Shown one piece after another: positions 25,715 through 38,404 of a DNA stretch of 64,000 bases. The number at the start of each line of letters is the position of its first letter. Within the stretch, counting starts at the first letter, position 1. Source of the stretch: Eledone cirrhosa (lineage: Eukaryota); contig OZ024758.1 in assembly GCA_964016885.1 (NCBI GenBank), positions 33,108,001 to 33,172,000 of the forward strand, in the 5' to 3' direction. The translations under genes were made by a program, and so were the position numbers. The notes under the pieces are model-generated. The model made no database searches and had not been told where the DNA came from. It saw only the letters and a program-made list of their open reading frames with translations.

Positions 25715-25755
25715 CGATGTACTAGTTTCAAGCTTATTAGCTATCGTCAGCATCG
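25715..25755 (-). ncRNA. Minimal type I hammerhead ribozyme
   Basis: Identical to 25275-25315 and 440 bp away. Confidence 0.88.
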
Positions 25756-25921
25756 TATACCTTCCTGCCAGATGGTTGAACATCTGAAAGTTTATACTTT
25801 CCTTATGCATATTAACGGCTGAGCAGCCTAATTTGCATATCGAGTGAGTATATTTGCATATCGAGTGAGCATAAGGAAAGTATATACTTTCAGACATTCA
25901 ACCATCTGGCCGGAAGGTATA

Positions 25922-25962
25922 CGATGCTGACGATAGTTAATAAGCTTGAAACTAGTACATCG
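25922..25962 (+). ncRNA. Minimal type I hammerhead ribozyme (inverted copy)
   Basis: CGATG-CTGACGA-tagttaataagctt-GAAAC-TA-GTA-CATCG. Confidence 0.85.
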
Positions 25963-26398
25963 TTCCTGTGTCAGTGTTGAACAAAAAGGTGACGTGGTTG
26001 CCTAAACACTGTACGGCATAATTCGGGCTGTTTGTTTGTTTACAAACAAACAAACCGAGCATTATAATAAATGTTCGGTAAACCGATACGTGCATATATA
26101 TATGTGTGCATGTATGTATATACATACTACTGTACGTCTGTATACATATATGTATGTACGTATACATACATACATACTTACATTTAAGTAAGTGCCGTAC
26201 TAAGAGTGAGAAATGAAATTTCATTTCATTCTATTCCATTTATCGTTTTCGGTGTGCCCAGCCGACTGAACTCACTCGATATGCAAATTAGGCTGCTCAG
26301 CCGTTACACACACACACACATAGATAATGCATGCTAGCATCGAAGATCGACATTAAACGATGATGATGGTGATATATAAATATATAATAATAATAATA

Positions 26399-26819
26399 AT
26401 ATTGTTATACTTTGGGAGGGTCATGTTGCCAATAAGAAACACACGCACCAGTTGCTTTTACTTCAATTTATTATAATAGATTTATAAATTTAGGAATTTA
26501 TAAATTTCCGGTTGGTTGGTTGGTTCCACAACCAGATAGTTGTTTATATATTGTCAAAGTTCTTTCGTCACACATTGTGACCTCTTCAGTGACTGGGGAT
26601 TCTTTTCTTTGTTTTTGTGCCTCTCCTTTGATCTGTCCTACGCCATTTTGTTTCTCAAAATGGCGTATATATAAACAACTATCTGGTTGTGGAACCAACC
26701 AACCAACCGGAAATTTATAAATTCCTAAATTTATAAATTTATTATAATAAATTGAAGTGAAAGCAACTGGTGCGTGTGTTTCTTATTGGCAACATGACCC
26801 TCCCAAAGTATAACAATAT
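26399..26819. repeat. Inverted repeat with 153-bp arms enclosing a hammerhead
   Basis: Arms at 26399-26551 and 26667-26819, visible as mirror-image ORFs 26498..26698(-) and 26520..26720(+). (AAT)n flanks. Confidence 0.92.
26553..26593 (-). ncRNA. Minimal hammerhead motif
   Basis: Reverse complement reads GTCA-CTGAAGA-gGTCAC aatgt GTGAC-GAAAG aa CTT-TGAC. Confidence 0.7.
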
Positions 26820-27004
26820 CGGTTTCAACACACGTTTTCAGATAAAGAATCTTGCTAAACAAATTCAGAAACGAAATAATAATAATAGTTATACCTATAT
26901 ATATAATATATACATAAATAAGATAAGGGTAATATTTTGCATTACCTAATTACCAGTAAGAAAATTAGCTCAATGTAAAATATCAGATATATTACAGAGC
27001 AGAA

Positions 27005-27880
27005 ATACAACATAGATAACAATCAAATTTTTGTTTAATGCATTTAATTGCTGACGATCATTTCTTCCAGGCACAGGTCTGGAATCATCGGAGCATATAC
27101 AATGTTAAAACAAGTAAATTCCTAATCCTCAGAACGTTAAGATTCCTAATCCTTAGAACGTTAAGATTCATTATATTTGAGAAGGCTAATTATAATTATT
27201 AGTGTCAGTTACAATATATTGAAGAGTATGAGCAAAAGAATATTATAATGAAAAGGTAGTAAAATATTGTAAAGTATTTTAAAATATTGTAAAGTATTAT
27301 AGAGAGAAGCTGTTTTGAAGCTATATGATATAAGCAAGGAATCATCATCATCATCATCATTTTACGTCCGCTCTTCAAGGAATATTACTTATAAATCATT
27401 GTATCAAGAATATCATACCAAGAATATAAATAATAGCAGAGAACATTCAATAAGGTAAGATAATTGTATAGTGATAACATACATATATATAGCTGTTATA
27501 AAATGTATTAGTTATAGGCAAAGATATTTATGCAATAAGTTTTATAAAGTGGTAATATTTATAGTTGTGAAGTGTGTAAGCAATAAGTATAGAATTGTAC
27601 AGTTCAAACAAATATATAAAACAAACACTTAATCCAAAGGTATGAATTTTAAGGTGCTTTTTCTTTAAAGTTGTGATGACAGTTGTAGTACTAATTTGAT
27701 GTTGTTGCTGTTGTGCCATATTCGGTGTTTCAATATTATCCTTTATAAACAGTGAGTTTAGGAATTTATTTGTTTTAACATTTTATATGTTCTGATGATT
27801 CCAGACGTTTGTCTGGAAGAAACGATCGTTAGCAATTAAATGCATTAAACAAAAATTTAATTGTTATCTATGTTGTATAT
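27005..27880. mobile_element. Penelope-like remnant with ~120-bp inverted terminal repeats, each containing a hammerhead
   Basis: 27005-27125 is inverted to ~27758-27878. The interior has a decayed CEVC...LNP(K)GMN-like stretch at ~27565-27650, resembling the end of a GIY-YIG domain. Confidence 0.7.
27788..27834 (+). ncRNA. Minimal type I hammerhead ribozyme (PLE type)
   Basis: TGTT-CTGATGA-TTCCAGAC gttt GTCTGGAA-GAAAC GATC GTT-AGCA, with a perfect 8-bp stem II and palindromic ACGATCGT. A degenerate inverted copy lies at 27049-27095. Confidence 0.85.
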
Positions 27881-28010
27881 ATATATAGAGAGAGAGAGAG
27901 AAATGGCTTCTACAGGACTAGAACTGTTTCATTCGAAGGAAATTGAATACCTTACTTACAGTGGTTACCCCTGATTGAACCCGACACACACATATATATA
28001 TATATATATA

Positions 28011-28636
28011 TCATCATCATTCTTACGTCTGTTTTTCCCTGCTTGCAAGGGTGGGACGGGAACTGATTCTGGCTTCCTTTCTACAGCTGGATGCCCTTCC
28101 TAACACCAACCTCATTTACAGTGAGTGCTGGGTGCTTTTTTGCCGTGGCGCCTCCACGACCCCTTTGCAGTGGAATGATAGGGACCTCAGTCCTATCATC
28201 TAATTTCTACAGTTGAGTAAACTGGAGCAATGTGAGATAAAGTGTCTTGCTCAAGGAAACAACACATCACACGGTTCAATTCTCACACCGGGTGATGTTG
28301 TTTCCTTGAGCAAGACACTTTATTTTCACATTGCTCCAGTTTACTCAACTGTAGAAATGAGAGAATAGGGCTGGGATCCTTATCATTCCACTGCAATGTG
28401 GAATGATAGGCGCCACAGCAAAAAAAAGGCACCACAGCAAAAAAAAAGCACCCAGCACTCACTGTAAATGAGGTTGGTGTTAGGAAGGGCATCCAGCTGT
28501 AGAAATCAAGCCAGAATCAGTTCCCGTATGAGCAAGACATGGTCAGCCAACCAGACACTGCCCACAACAGGACAACCCATCTAACCCATGCTAGCATGGA
28601 AAAACGGACATAAAACGGTGATGATGATGATGATGA
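28011..28636. mobile_element. Head-to-head pair of 5'-truncated SINE B copies
   Basis: Minus copy 28011-~28275 and plus copy ~28275-28636, with outward-facing (CAT)n and (GAT)n tails. Confidence 0.88.
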
Positions 28637-28994
28637 TATATATATAAGAGCACTTTGCATACTATATTAAACTGTGATTTGAAATACAGGCTGTAAACAC
28701 TTTAGAGATTTGATTTTTACTCTTAATATTTATTATACTTCTTACACAGATTAAATAAAATATTATACATCTAAAGTTGTTTTCAATTTTCATTACTTTC
28801 ATAGAAAAACGTTCTAAGTTATGACAATATTGTAAACAAAAAAAGCATGGCTGTGTGGATATGGAGTTTACTTTGCAACCTCATGAATCGAATACTACTC
28901 TGATTTGTCTTCTCAGACTTCATTCCACAAACACTCAATATATATCTATATACTACTAACACTCTGTGATGGCTTGCTTGTCTGTAATGTAATA

Positions 28995-30490
28995 CAGCCA
29001 AAAGGGTGCATCGACCTCACGGTGAGAACTAGATGAATCTGGAAACAGAGGCCAACCTGGAGAAGAAAGATCTGGAAGCTGAAAGTCCCCTCAACCAGTA
29101 ACAGATTTAAAGATATTTTACTCAACGCCTACGACAGTAAAGAAGAACAGATAGAGACATTTAATGTAGAAGAGAACTGGGAGTTCCTAAAAAATAATTT
29201 ACTAGAGGCGACAGATGAGGTCTGTGGCTGGAGTAAGACCTCAAGCAGGAGGAGAGTGACTTGGTGGTGGAACAATAAGGTAGATGAAGCAGTTAAGGCC
29301 AAGAGACAGGCATGGAAAGAATGGAAGAATGGGGGGGAGCAGGGTACATTACATAGAGACCAAGAGGGAAGCTAGGCGACAAGTATACTTAGCTAGGAGG
29401 GAAGCAGAGGATAGAAAATTCAAGCATGTTTTGCAACGTGAGGACCAGAAACAGGAGGTGTTCAAGATTGCGAGGCAGTGTGTCAGAGAGAGTTGTGATG
29501 TCATTGGAGAGAAGTGTATCCGGAATGATAAAGGTGAGCTTGCCTTCACAAGTGCTGAGAAGAAAGATGCATGGAAGAGTCATTATGATAGATTACTAAA
29601 TGAGGAGAATGCATGGGAAGAAGAGACCCTACCCCAAGTAGACCCTATAGAGGGGCCAGCAGTACAAGTCAGCAGCAGTGTAGTAAGTAAGGCAATCAAA
29701 GATATGAAGATGGGGAAGGCAACCGGTCCATCGGGTATAGCTGCCGAGATGCTGAAGGCATCTGGGTCTGTAGGCCACACTATAACCACACGTATTGTTA
29801 ACCAGGTAATACTAGAAGGTGTCATACCAAAAGATTGGTGCAGTAGCATCATTGTCAACTGCTACAAAGGTAAAGGCGATGCACTAGATAGAGGAAACTA
29901 TAGAGGTATAAAGTTGATGGACCAGGTCATGAAAGTAACAGAAAGAGTTATAGCACAGTTGATTAGGGACCGGGTGAAACTAGACGAGATGCAATTTGGG
30001 TTTGTACCAGGAAGAGCACCACTGATGCCCTCTTCCTTGTGAGGCAATTACAGGAAAAGTACCTAGCTAAAAGTAAGCCACTCTACTTGGCATTTGTCGA
30101 CCTTGAGAAAGCCTTTGACAGAGTTCCACGTGCTGTAATTTGGGGGGTTTTAGAAAACTAGGAGTAGATGAATGGCTTGTGAAAGCTGTACAAGCCATGT
30201 ATAGGGAGGGGAGCAGTCAGCAAAGTTAGGATTAGCAATGAGTATAGCGAGGAATTTAGCGTACAGGTTGGGGTCAACCAGGGCTCTGTTCTTAGCCCTC
30301 TCCTGTTCATCATAGTCCTGCAGGCAATAACGGAGGAGTTTAAGACTGGATGCCCATGGGAACTCCTGTATGCTGATGACCTCGCACTCATAGCTGAATC
30401 TATGGTAGAACTAGAGAATAAATTCCAAACTTGGAAGCAGGGACTAGAAAGAAAGGGTCTCAAAGTCAACATGACAACGACTAAGGTCCT
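28995..30490 (+). mobile_element. Internal fragment of an RTE LINE (related subfamily)
   Basis: ORF 29284..30042 plus shifted frames give KGKGDALDRGNYRGIKL, FVDLEKAFDRVP, GVNQGSVLSPLL and LLYADDL. A small inverted piece lies at ~30830-30905. Confidence 0.93.
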
Positions 30491-33361
30491 CTTTTTGCCG
30501 TTTTTTTTACATGTCCACTTTACAGTGTGGGCTGGGTGCTTTACAGTGTAGGCTGGATGTTATATACAAATATACACACATGGTCTATATATACATATTT
30601 GCGTATATACGCACATGTCAACATCACCTCTATCTTCCACGCTAGCATGGGTTAGGCAGGATTGTCCTGTCGTGGGCAATCCTAGATCAGGTGACCATGT
30701 CTTGTTCATACTGGTCTGGTTCTGGCTTAGTTTCTGTAGCTGGATGCCTTCCCAACATCAACTTCAATTTACAGTGACTACTGGGTGCTTTTTATCGTGA
30801 CACCTACACGACCACTTTACAGTGTTGTGTGTGCTACGACTCTTTCTGTTACTTTCATTACCTGGTTTTATACCTCTATAGTTACCTCTATCTAGTGCAT
30901 CCCCTCTACATATATATAAATATATATATATACCCTGTTCACACAACACCAACGCTCTAGAAACCTTTCCAGTTTCTCTACACTCACCAATTTACAATTG
31001 TTCAAGTTATATACAAGAACGATTTTAAAGCCATCTTCCTTGTTAAAGCACAATTTAGCCTTGTAGGCCTCATGCCAGACTTAGTATTGATTAAGGGATA
31101 CTTTCTGAGACAATATTTTACAGATGGAAGCCCAAGTTGGCATCAACCCTTTTAGTCACTTCTTACCACATGTAGGGACACAGTATACCTAATCTAAACC
31201 AGATACAAGCTTAAAGTTCAAGCTATGTATAGAAACCAAAATATCATACCATCTTCAAAGAACTTGCAAAGACTATTGACTCAGGTTGTCCTCAGAGGAG
31301 TTACAAAGGTCATTGTCTCGGGTTGTCCTCAGAAGACTTCCAAAACCATTGGCTCATGTCATCCTCAGAGGATGATCAAAGACCATTGGTTCAGCCCATC
31401 CTCCTGAGTAAGCCATAAACATATTTAAATGTAGGATTACAAAGACTTTTATTGAGGTTAGGAAAGAAATCCTACCAATTAACCACAGGTCAAATCAACA
31501 CATACAAAAACATAGATACATGCATATTTATTTCTCAAAAATATGACCTGATTAATGGAATGGTAAATCTCAGAAAATAACCATTCTTATCCTTTTCTGG
31601 TATCTATAGTCTGTCTGAAGCCCAGAGGCTCACCAGGCCAGTGTTTGTGGCGTGAAGCGACTAAGGATACAAGACAGGATTTCAGTCCATCACAGACAAA
31701 ATATTATATGGATTTTATAAAATATAGCATATTTATTTACATTTCATACTATTGTGTAATTTAGTTTTGAGTTATATAATTTATAAACATTGCATTCGCA
31801 TAAATGTGAAATGCTAAAATGTTAAAATGCTTTTATAAGATTAAAATAGCTGTTACGTATAATGAAGCTGCTAATAAAATAGGAGATATATCTTAATTTA
31901 GACAGTACTAAATACCAACAGCTTAATCAATCAGATGCTTCCATTTAGTATGGTTAATTGCAAAAGGCAGCCTAGCAAATGAACAGATTAGGAGATAATT
32001 TTTATTAGAAAATCAAGATTAGTGAACTAAGTATTTCATGAGTTAAAACAAGAGGAGTAAATTGACATAGCATGGTAGGAAATTATGGTCACAGAATCTT
32101 ATCAACAAAACAAAATGAGTGAAGTCAATTAGCAAATGAATAAATATCTGAAATTATTTTAAAAATCAATATTAATGTCTTTCTATTTAATGATATTATC
32201 AGCCTTGGTTTATTGTGAAAATATAACCTGTATGATATATAATTGCGAAAATTTCAACAGCCCTCTGTATTTTGACATACTGAATTCCATTATCTCAAAT
32301 TTAGGATTAGCAACTGCTTAAATTATTGTGTTGGCATCAATACTCATTTACAGACTCGTACATTCTTCTTTCCTTTCTCCCCCCCCCCCCCCCCCCCCCC
32401 AAGATGCATCCAATACACTTGAGAAGTTTTTACAATTCACTGATTTCATGTTTACATCATAGGATGAAATAACTGTAAGATGCACTTTAATCAGTTGTAC
32501 ATGATCAGTCAAAAGACTCAAGTAGACAGCGTAATTTAACTTTGTCAGCAAGTCTCCCCCCCACCCCACCCCACCCCCCCAAAAAATGCACTAAAATTAG
32601 ATGGGCTGTATGAATCCCATTAAAACCTGGTCCACTTCAGCAGACATTACAAGAAATTAAATGAAATCTATACAATAATGGTATGAGCAATATCAAATAA
32701 TGCATCAATGTATGAACAAAGCATGTAAAAATGCTTTTTCACAGGTAAAACATTAAATCGATTACGAGCACAGTTTGCTAACAAAAATGATTCTGTTCTT
32801 TCTCTAAAACAAAATAAATTAATCTAAAAGTTGGTGGAGAAATTTGTGAGCTGGTGTAATTAGTTAAAGAATTAAGCATGAATAATACTTCCTTTCTCAT
32901 AGTCAAGCCTCTTTTCTTGTAATTAAAAAATATATATCAGAACTTATTTCTTTGGTTCTTGAAACAAGCAAAAGTCTAGTTGATAATGAATTTACAATGA
33001 AATGGTACTGATCAATTCTGTCAGGTCAGGCTTCTGCCTGCTACTGGTACCATGAAACCCAGTACAACCTGCTTCATGGTTGGGCAGTTGGTAACTAAAC
33101 TGGCTCCCCAACAAGACCCTGGTGAAGAGGGGAAGTGAAACTCCAGCAGCACAAAAAACAAGAGTTATTACTTTTAAAAATGTATTTTTCATTATTCTTT
33201 CCAACACTATATCTCTCTGCCATTACACTCCCTTTTGCCACCCTCTCACTGTTTCTCACATTAGACTCTTACTCTCTTCAACAAATCATCCCGATTCTTC
33301 TGCCATTACTCTCTCTCTTCTATTTTACCATCTTGGCCACATGAATGGAGACTATGGAGAA

Positions 33362-33535
33362 TAATTGTTTCTACTTTTGGCACAAGGCCAGCAATTACTG
33401 GTGCTTTATTTTATCGATCCCGTGAAGATGAAAGGCAAAGTTAACCTTGGCAGAATTTGAACTCAGAACGCAAAGGGCCATAACTCTATGCTGCAAAGCA
33501 AGGTGTCTGATGCTCTACTAATACTGCCAATCCAC
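33362..33535 (-). mobile_element. SINE family A copy
   Basis: Conserved core and 3' end. Another plus-strand copy lies at ~34295-34500. Confidence 0.8.
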
Positions 33536-35139
33536 TAGAATAATGTGTACACTTTAGTCATGTGCAATGCAAGGCAACATTACTAGTGTTACTGCTGCAA
33601 TAAAATGCACCCAGTACACTCTTAAATGGTTGGCATTATGAAAGGCATCCAACCATATAAACCTTGACAAAAACATAATGTACAAGTAAGATGTGGTCTT
33701 TTAACTCATATAGGAGGACAGTAACTTTAACTAAGGACTGACTTTGGCTGTAACAACTTATGCAACCCATGTCATCATGGGAACGAGACGTAAGATGATG
33801 ATTTAGTGCTGAAAAACACTTTGCGAATATTTGTTCCTGACTCAAGTATACTTGATATATTTAGTTTATAATGAAAACTAATGAAAATTTAAAGATTCTT
33901 ATTGAATTTATTGATTTGATTGTTTTTAATTTATTTCTGGGGAAATGAAAATAGAAAATGAATTCAATGCATTTGTAAATCAACAAAGATTTTCAAATTC
34001 ATCTCTAAATTAAATATTTTGTATTTCAAAATAATAATGCATTATGGATGATAAAATCCTAATTAACTTTATATAAAATTAATTCTTCCAAACTTATTTA
34101 TTATTATTATCATTGTTGAATTTTTTTGTTTATTGTTATTGTTTTACTATTTTTTACTCGATATTTGTGTAAAACTCCCACTGCTGCCGTCTGTTGTATT
34201 GTCCCCTATATGTTGGCCCCACTGCTGCCGTCTGTTGTATTGTCCCCTATATGTCGGCCTTTGTGGCCAATAAATGAAACCATTATTATTATTATAGGAT
34301 TGGCAGTATTGCTAGAGCATTGGACACCATGCATTGCAGCATAGAGTTATGCCCCTTTACGGTCTGATTTCAAATCCCACCGAGGTTAACTTTTCCTTTC
34401 ATCCTTACGGGGTCGATAAAATAAAGTACCAGTCACGCACTGGGGTCAATTTAATCGACTTTCCCCTTCTCCCAAATTACTGGCCTTGTGCCTATATAAG
34501 AATATTATTATTATTATTATTCAGAAATAAAACAGGAAAAATTAATTAATTAAATGTGTATTTAAAACAAACTAATTTCTTGCAAACCCAGTGACATCAC
34601 AATTCATTTCTACAGCTGAAGGACACAATACAGTACCCGGTCTGAGAATCAAACTCACAACCTCCGCCAGTTCAACACTAACCACTAAGGCAGGTGCCTT
34701 CACAATACAGAATAACTTATCCAGTATTTTTTAATGTTCATGTTTATACTAAAGTCAACCTTGACTGCACAAATTTATAATCAAAATAATTCCCGCCATG
34801 ACCATCCCACCTTTTCAAAGGTATTTACAGATTCATTATCTAATCTGAAGTTTGGAGTTGAAATTTGAAGGATTTTGGTTGCTCTTTGTGGCAGCTCATG
34901 CAACTATTCAAAGGCCCTTTTATTTATTCATTTGTTTTAATGAAGGTGTCAGATAAACATGGTAGTTCTTAATTTCCTTTTGAAGGACTCACCACTGAAC
35001 CTACCACGTAACACTTATCAATGTTCATTGCCTATAGATAGTTATTACAAAGCAAACAAACTTTTAAGTGTTCTTTAATCACTGCAGTTTTGCTTTTGAG
35101 AAAATTACTAACAGCATGTGCAGCATCAGTGCCATGTAA

Positions 35140-37480
35140 GCAGAAAAAACATCCCAAAAGTGCAATTTGGGAGACTGCAGCAGTCCGTCTTGCCAGGAAA
35201 GAACGTTGTAATGCTGAACGTGAGTACAAACTGCATAAATCAGATATCGATAGGAAAAATCGAAATAAATCATCCAACCATCTCAAGCAAGTGACAAAAA
35301 AGGCAGTACTTGAATTTGAGCAGCGCATAGCAACCAACCCTGACCATAAGGTGTTCTGGAAGTATGTTCACTCAAAGCAGAGGCCTCACTCTCTAGTTGG
35401 TCCTCTTCGCAATCCCCACACAAGCCAGGTTACTGATGACCCCAAGGAATGCGCAGAGCTCATTGGTTAATGCTATGCAGGCATTTTCACTGTTGAAGTC
35501 CAGAGTGTACCATCTCCACCACCTTTGACATCGGATTCTATTACAACTATGGAATTTACACCTGCAATGCTGCGACGTCACCTTAAAAATAAACGCAACC
35601 ATGCCTATCCTGGTCTTGATGGTGTTACGTACCTGCTTCTCAAACGTGGTGAGTACTTCCTTCTGCACCAGCTATCACACTTCTTCCAATTCTGTCTGAA
35701 CAATGGTGCTACTCTAGAACAGTGGAAAACTGCCAGTGTCATTCCTCTGTTCAAATAGGGTGACCGCACATCACCTGTGAACTATCGTCCAGTCAGTCTT
35801 ACTAGCTGCATTGCCAAACTGATGGAATGCTGTGTCAGAGAAACACTTTAGAACTTCTGGAACTCTCACAGTCTTATCCGGCCCTCACAATTTGGATTTA
35901 TCCCTAACTCCAGCTGCTGTGATCAACTTATCAAGTTTCTTGAAGACATCACCCGGATCACCGATGGCGGCTCATGGGTGGATGTTGTTTACCTTGACTT
36001 TGCTAAAGCTTTTAATTCTGTGCCACACAAAAGGCTTACGGCAAAACTCTCTGCAATGGGTGTGAAGGATGATCTTTTTAACTGGTTGAAGTCCTTCATT
36101 CTCAGTCGAAGAGAGGTAGTCACGGTTCTAGGACAGCATTCCTCACCATATGAGATGTCATCTGGTGTACCACAGGGATCTGTTCTTGGCCCCCTTTTGT
36201 TTGTGGCATAAAGTAATGATATAGATGCCAACTTAAAGAATGCCACAGTACTGAAATACGCAAATGACATCAAGTTGTACCTTGAAATAAAAAGGACAAA
36301 TCCTGAACACTATAGATTTTTCTTGCAATCTGACCTGGACACAATGCAACAATGGATCATGGACTGGCAACTCAAGTGTACCACCATGCATTTTGGGAGT
36401 AAAAACCCAGTGTCCACATACTCCCTCCACAACACTAATATCAAGAAGTCTTCTTGTGAATGTGACCTGGGCATTATGATCAGCAGTGATTTGTGTTGAA
36501 CGAAGCACGTCTCTAAAATTGTCAAGAAGGCCGAGGGTGTCTTAGCATCACTCAGCAAGAACTTTGTCAGCCGCTCTCCAGCTATCTATTTAAAGCTGTA
36601 TATAGCTATGATGCAGCCACAATTAGAATTTGCATCACCAGTCTGGAACCCCTATCTTGCTCAGAACATTGAACGCCTGGAAACTGTTCAGAGACGTGAA
36701 ACCAAGCGAATACCCTCCATCAGGCATCTACCATACTCTGAACGCCTTGCTTCCCTGGGCATGGATACATTGAAGCTCCAACGTCTGACAACTGACTTGG
36801 TTAACAATTTTGTGGGTGTTTACCATCTTGCCAACAACAACCCTGAGTACTTTTTGAATTCCATGTGTCTAACACACATGGGCATGCCTACAAAGTCAGA
36901 AAACAGTTCCTATGACTTTCGGAAACAATATTTTCATGCTCAGAGTTGCTGAAGCATGGAACAAACTCTCTGCATCTGTTATTAGCTGTCAAGACACTGA
37001 ATCCTTTAAAACCTCCATGGAACAAACTATCAGCATCAGTTGTTAGCTGTCGAGACACTACATCCTTTAAAACCTCCATGGAACAAACTACCTGCATCAG
37101 TTGTTAGCTTTACGAGACACTGCATCCTTTAAAACGTCCATGGAACAAACTATCAGCATCAGTTGTTAGCTTTACGAGACACTGCATCCTTTAAAACCTC
37201 CATGGAACAAACTATCAGCATCAGTTGTTAGCTGTCGAGACACTGCATCCTTTAAAACCTCCATGGAACAAACTATCAGCATCAGTTGTTAGCTGTCGAG
37301 ACACTGCATCCTTTAAAACGTCCATGGAACAAACTATCAGCATCAGTTGTTAGCTGTCGAGACACTGCATCCTTTAAAACGTCCATGGAACAAACTACCA
37401 GCATCAGTTGTTAGCTGTCGAGACACTGCATCCTTTAAAACCTCCATGCTTCCTGAGATTTGCCAACACTACACACATGT
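35140..37480 (+). mobile_element. 5'-truncated CR1-like LINE pseudogene
   Basis: KVFWKYV, NYRPVSLTS, DVVYLDFAKAFNSVPH, SGVPQGSVLGPLLF, KYAND and LEFASPVWNPY...VQRR motifs, with stops and frameshifts. Confidence 0.92.
36953..37449 (+). repeat. ~61-bp tandem repeat (~8 copies) from the CR1 3' coding end
   Basis: CCATGGAACAAACTATCAGCATCAGTTGTTAGCTGTCGAGACACTGCATCCTTTAAAA repeated. It encodes the WNKLPASVV..SFK terminal motif. Confidence 0.93.
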
Positions 37481-37629
37481 ATATCATACACACACACACA
37501 TGTATATCATGACTCATACACTATTCACGTCCTTGACATTATTCTATATACTATACATACACCTTTGATCAGTTGTAGTGCACCTGGGCACTGTACACAA
37601 TAATTTCATTATTATTATTTATCATAACA

Positions 37630-37756
37630 ATCTTTATGGTCCGTGTTAAAATCCCGCCGAGGTTAACTTTGCCTTTCATCCTTACGGGGTCGATAAAATA
37701 AAGTACCAGTAATGTACTGGGTATTTGCTGGCCTTGTGCCAAATGTAGAAACAATT
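37630..37756 (+). mobile_element. 5'-truncated SINE A with TSD
   Basis: Flanked by ATTATTTATCATAACA direct repeats. Confidence 0.85.
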
Positions 37757-37859
37757 ATTTATCATAACATGATTAACATAAAAGAATTCCATTAATGACA
37801 AAATTCCTTTTTCAAATATATTTAGAAATGTTTGTTTGTATCTAAGAAAAATAAAAATG

Positions 37860-37907
<48 letters not shown>

Positions 37908-38030
37908 CCAAAATTAAGATAAATAAGTGAATTTAATCTAAATCAAAATTATGGGTGTCATGCCAGAAAGGCATGCGCCATATCACCCGTAAAATAAGCT
38001 CCAAGATTCTAATGAATAGGTCCGACCATT

Positions 38031-38302
38031 TTATAACAACTAGAAATTGATTAACATATAAATAAACATATGAAACAATCACAGGGGATAATTTTTACAA
38101 GTGTGTAAGCACACATAGCTAGGTAAGTAACTAAATAAAGTTAACTAGAACTTCAAATATAGATACCTTATAATATATTATAAGGTATCTATTTTTGAAG
38201 TTCTAGTTAACTTTATTTAGTTACTTACCTAGCTATGTGTGCTTACACAATTGTAAAAATTATCCCCTGTGATTGTTTCATATGTTTATTCTAGTTGTTA
38301 TA
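38031..38302. repeat. Near-perfect spacerless palindrome within a (TA)n-flanked insert
   Basis: Symmetry centre at 38175/38176, with ~115-bp arms (38061-38290) and few mismatches. Confidence 0.93.
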
Positions 38303-38333
<31 letters not shown>

Positions 38334-38404
38334 TTTTTAAACTGCACTTAGATATTTATATAAATATGTGTTCCTATAAATAAATAAGAAAAAAGGATTT
38401 AAAA

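Larger units (their letters stand above)
24996..26306. mobile_element. Retrozyme-like ~440-bp unit: two tandem copies plus one inverted copy, each with a hammerhead
   Basis: Units start at ~24996 and ~25438, and the inverted unit spans ~25870-26306. No protein-like ORF. Flanked by (TA)n and (CA)n. Confidence 0.85.

Noticed and set aside
38007-38112. CTAATGA...GAAAC...GTAAGC as a hammerhead
   Set aside because: Mutated core and no convincing stems by eye.
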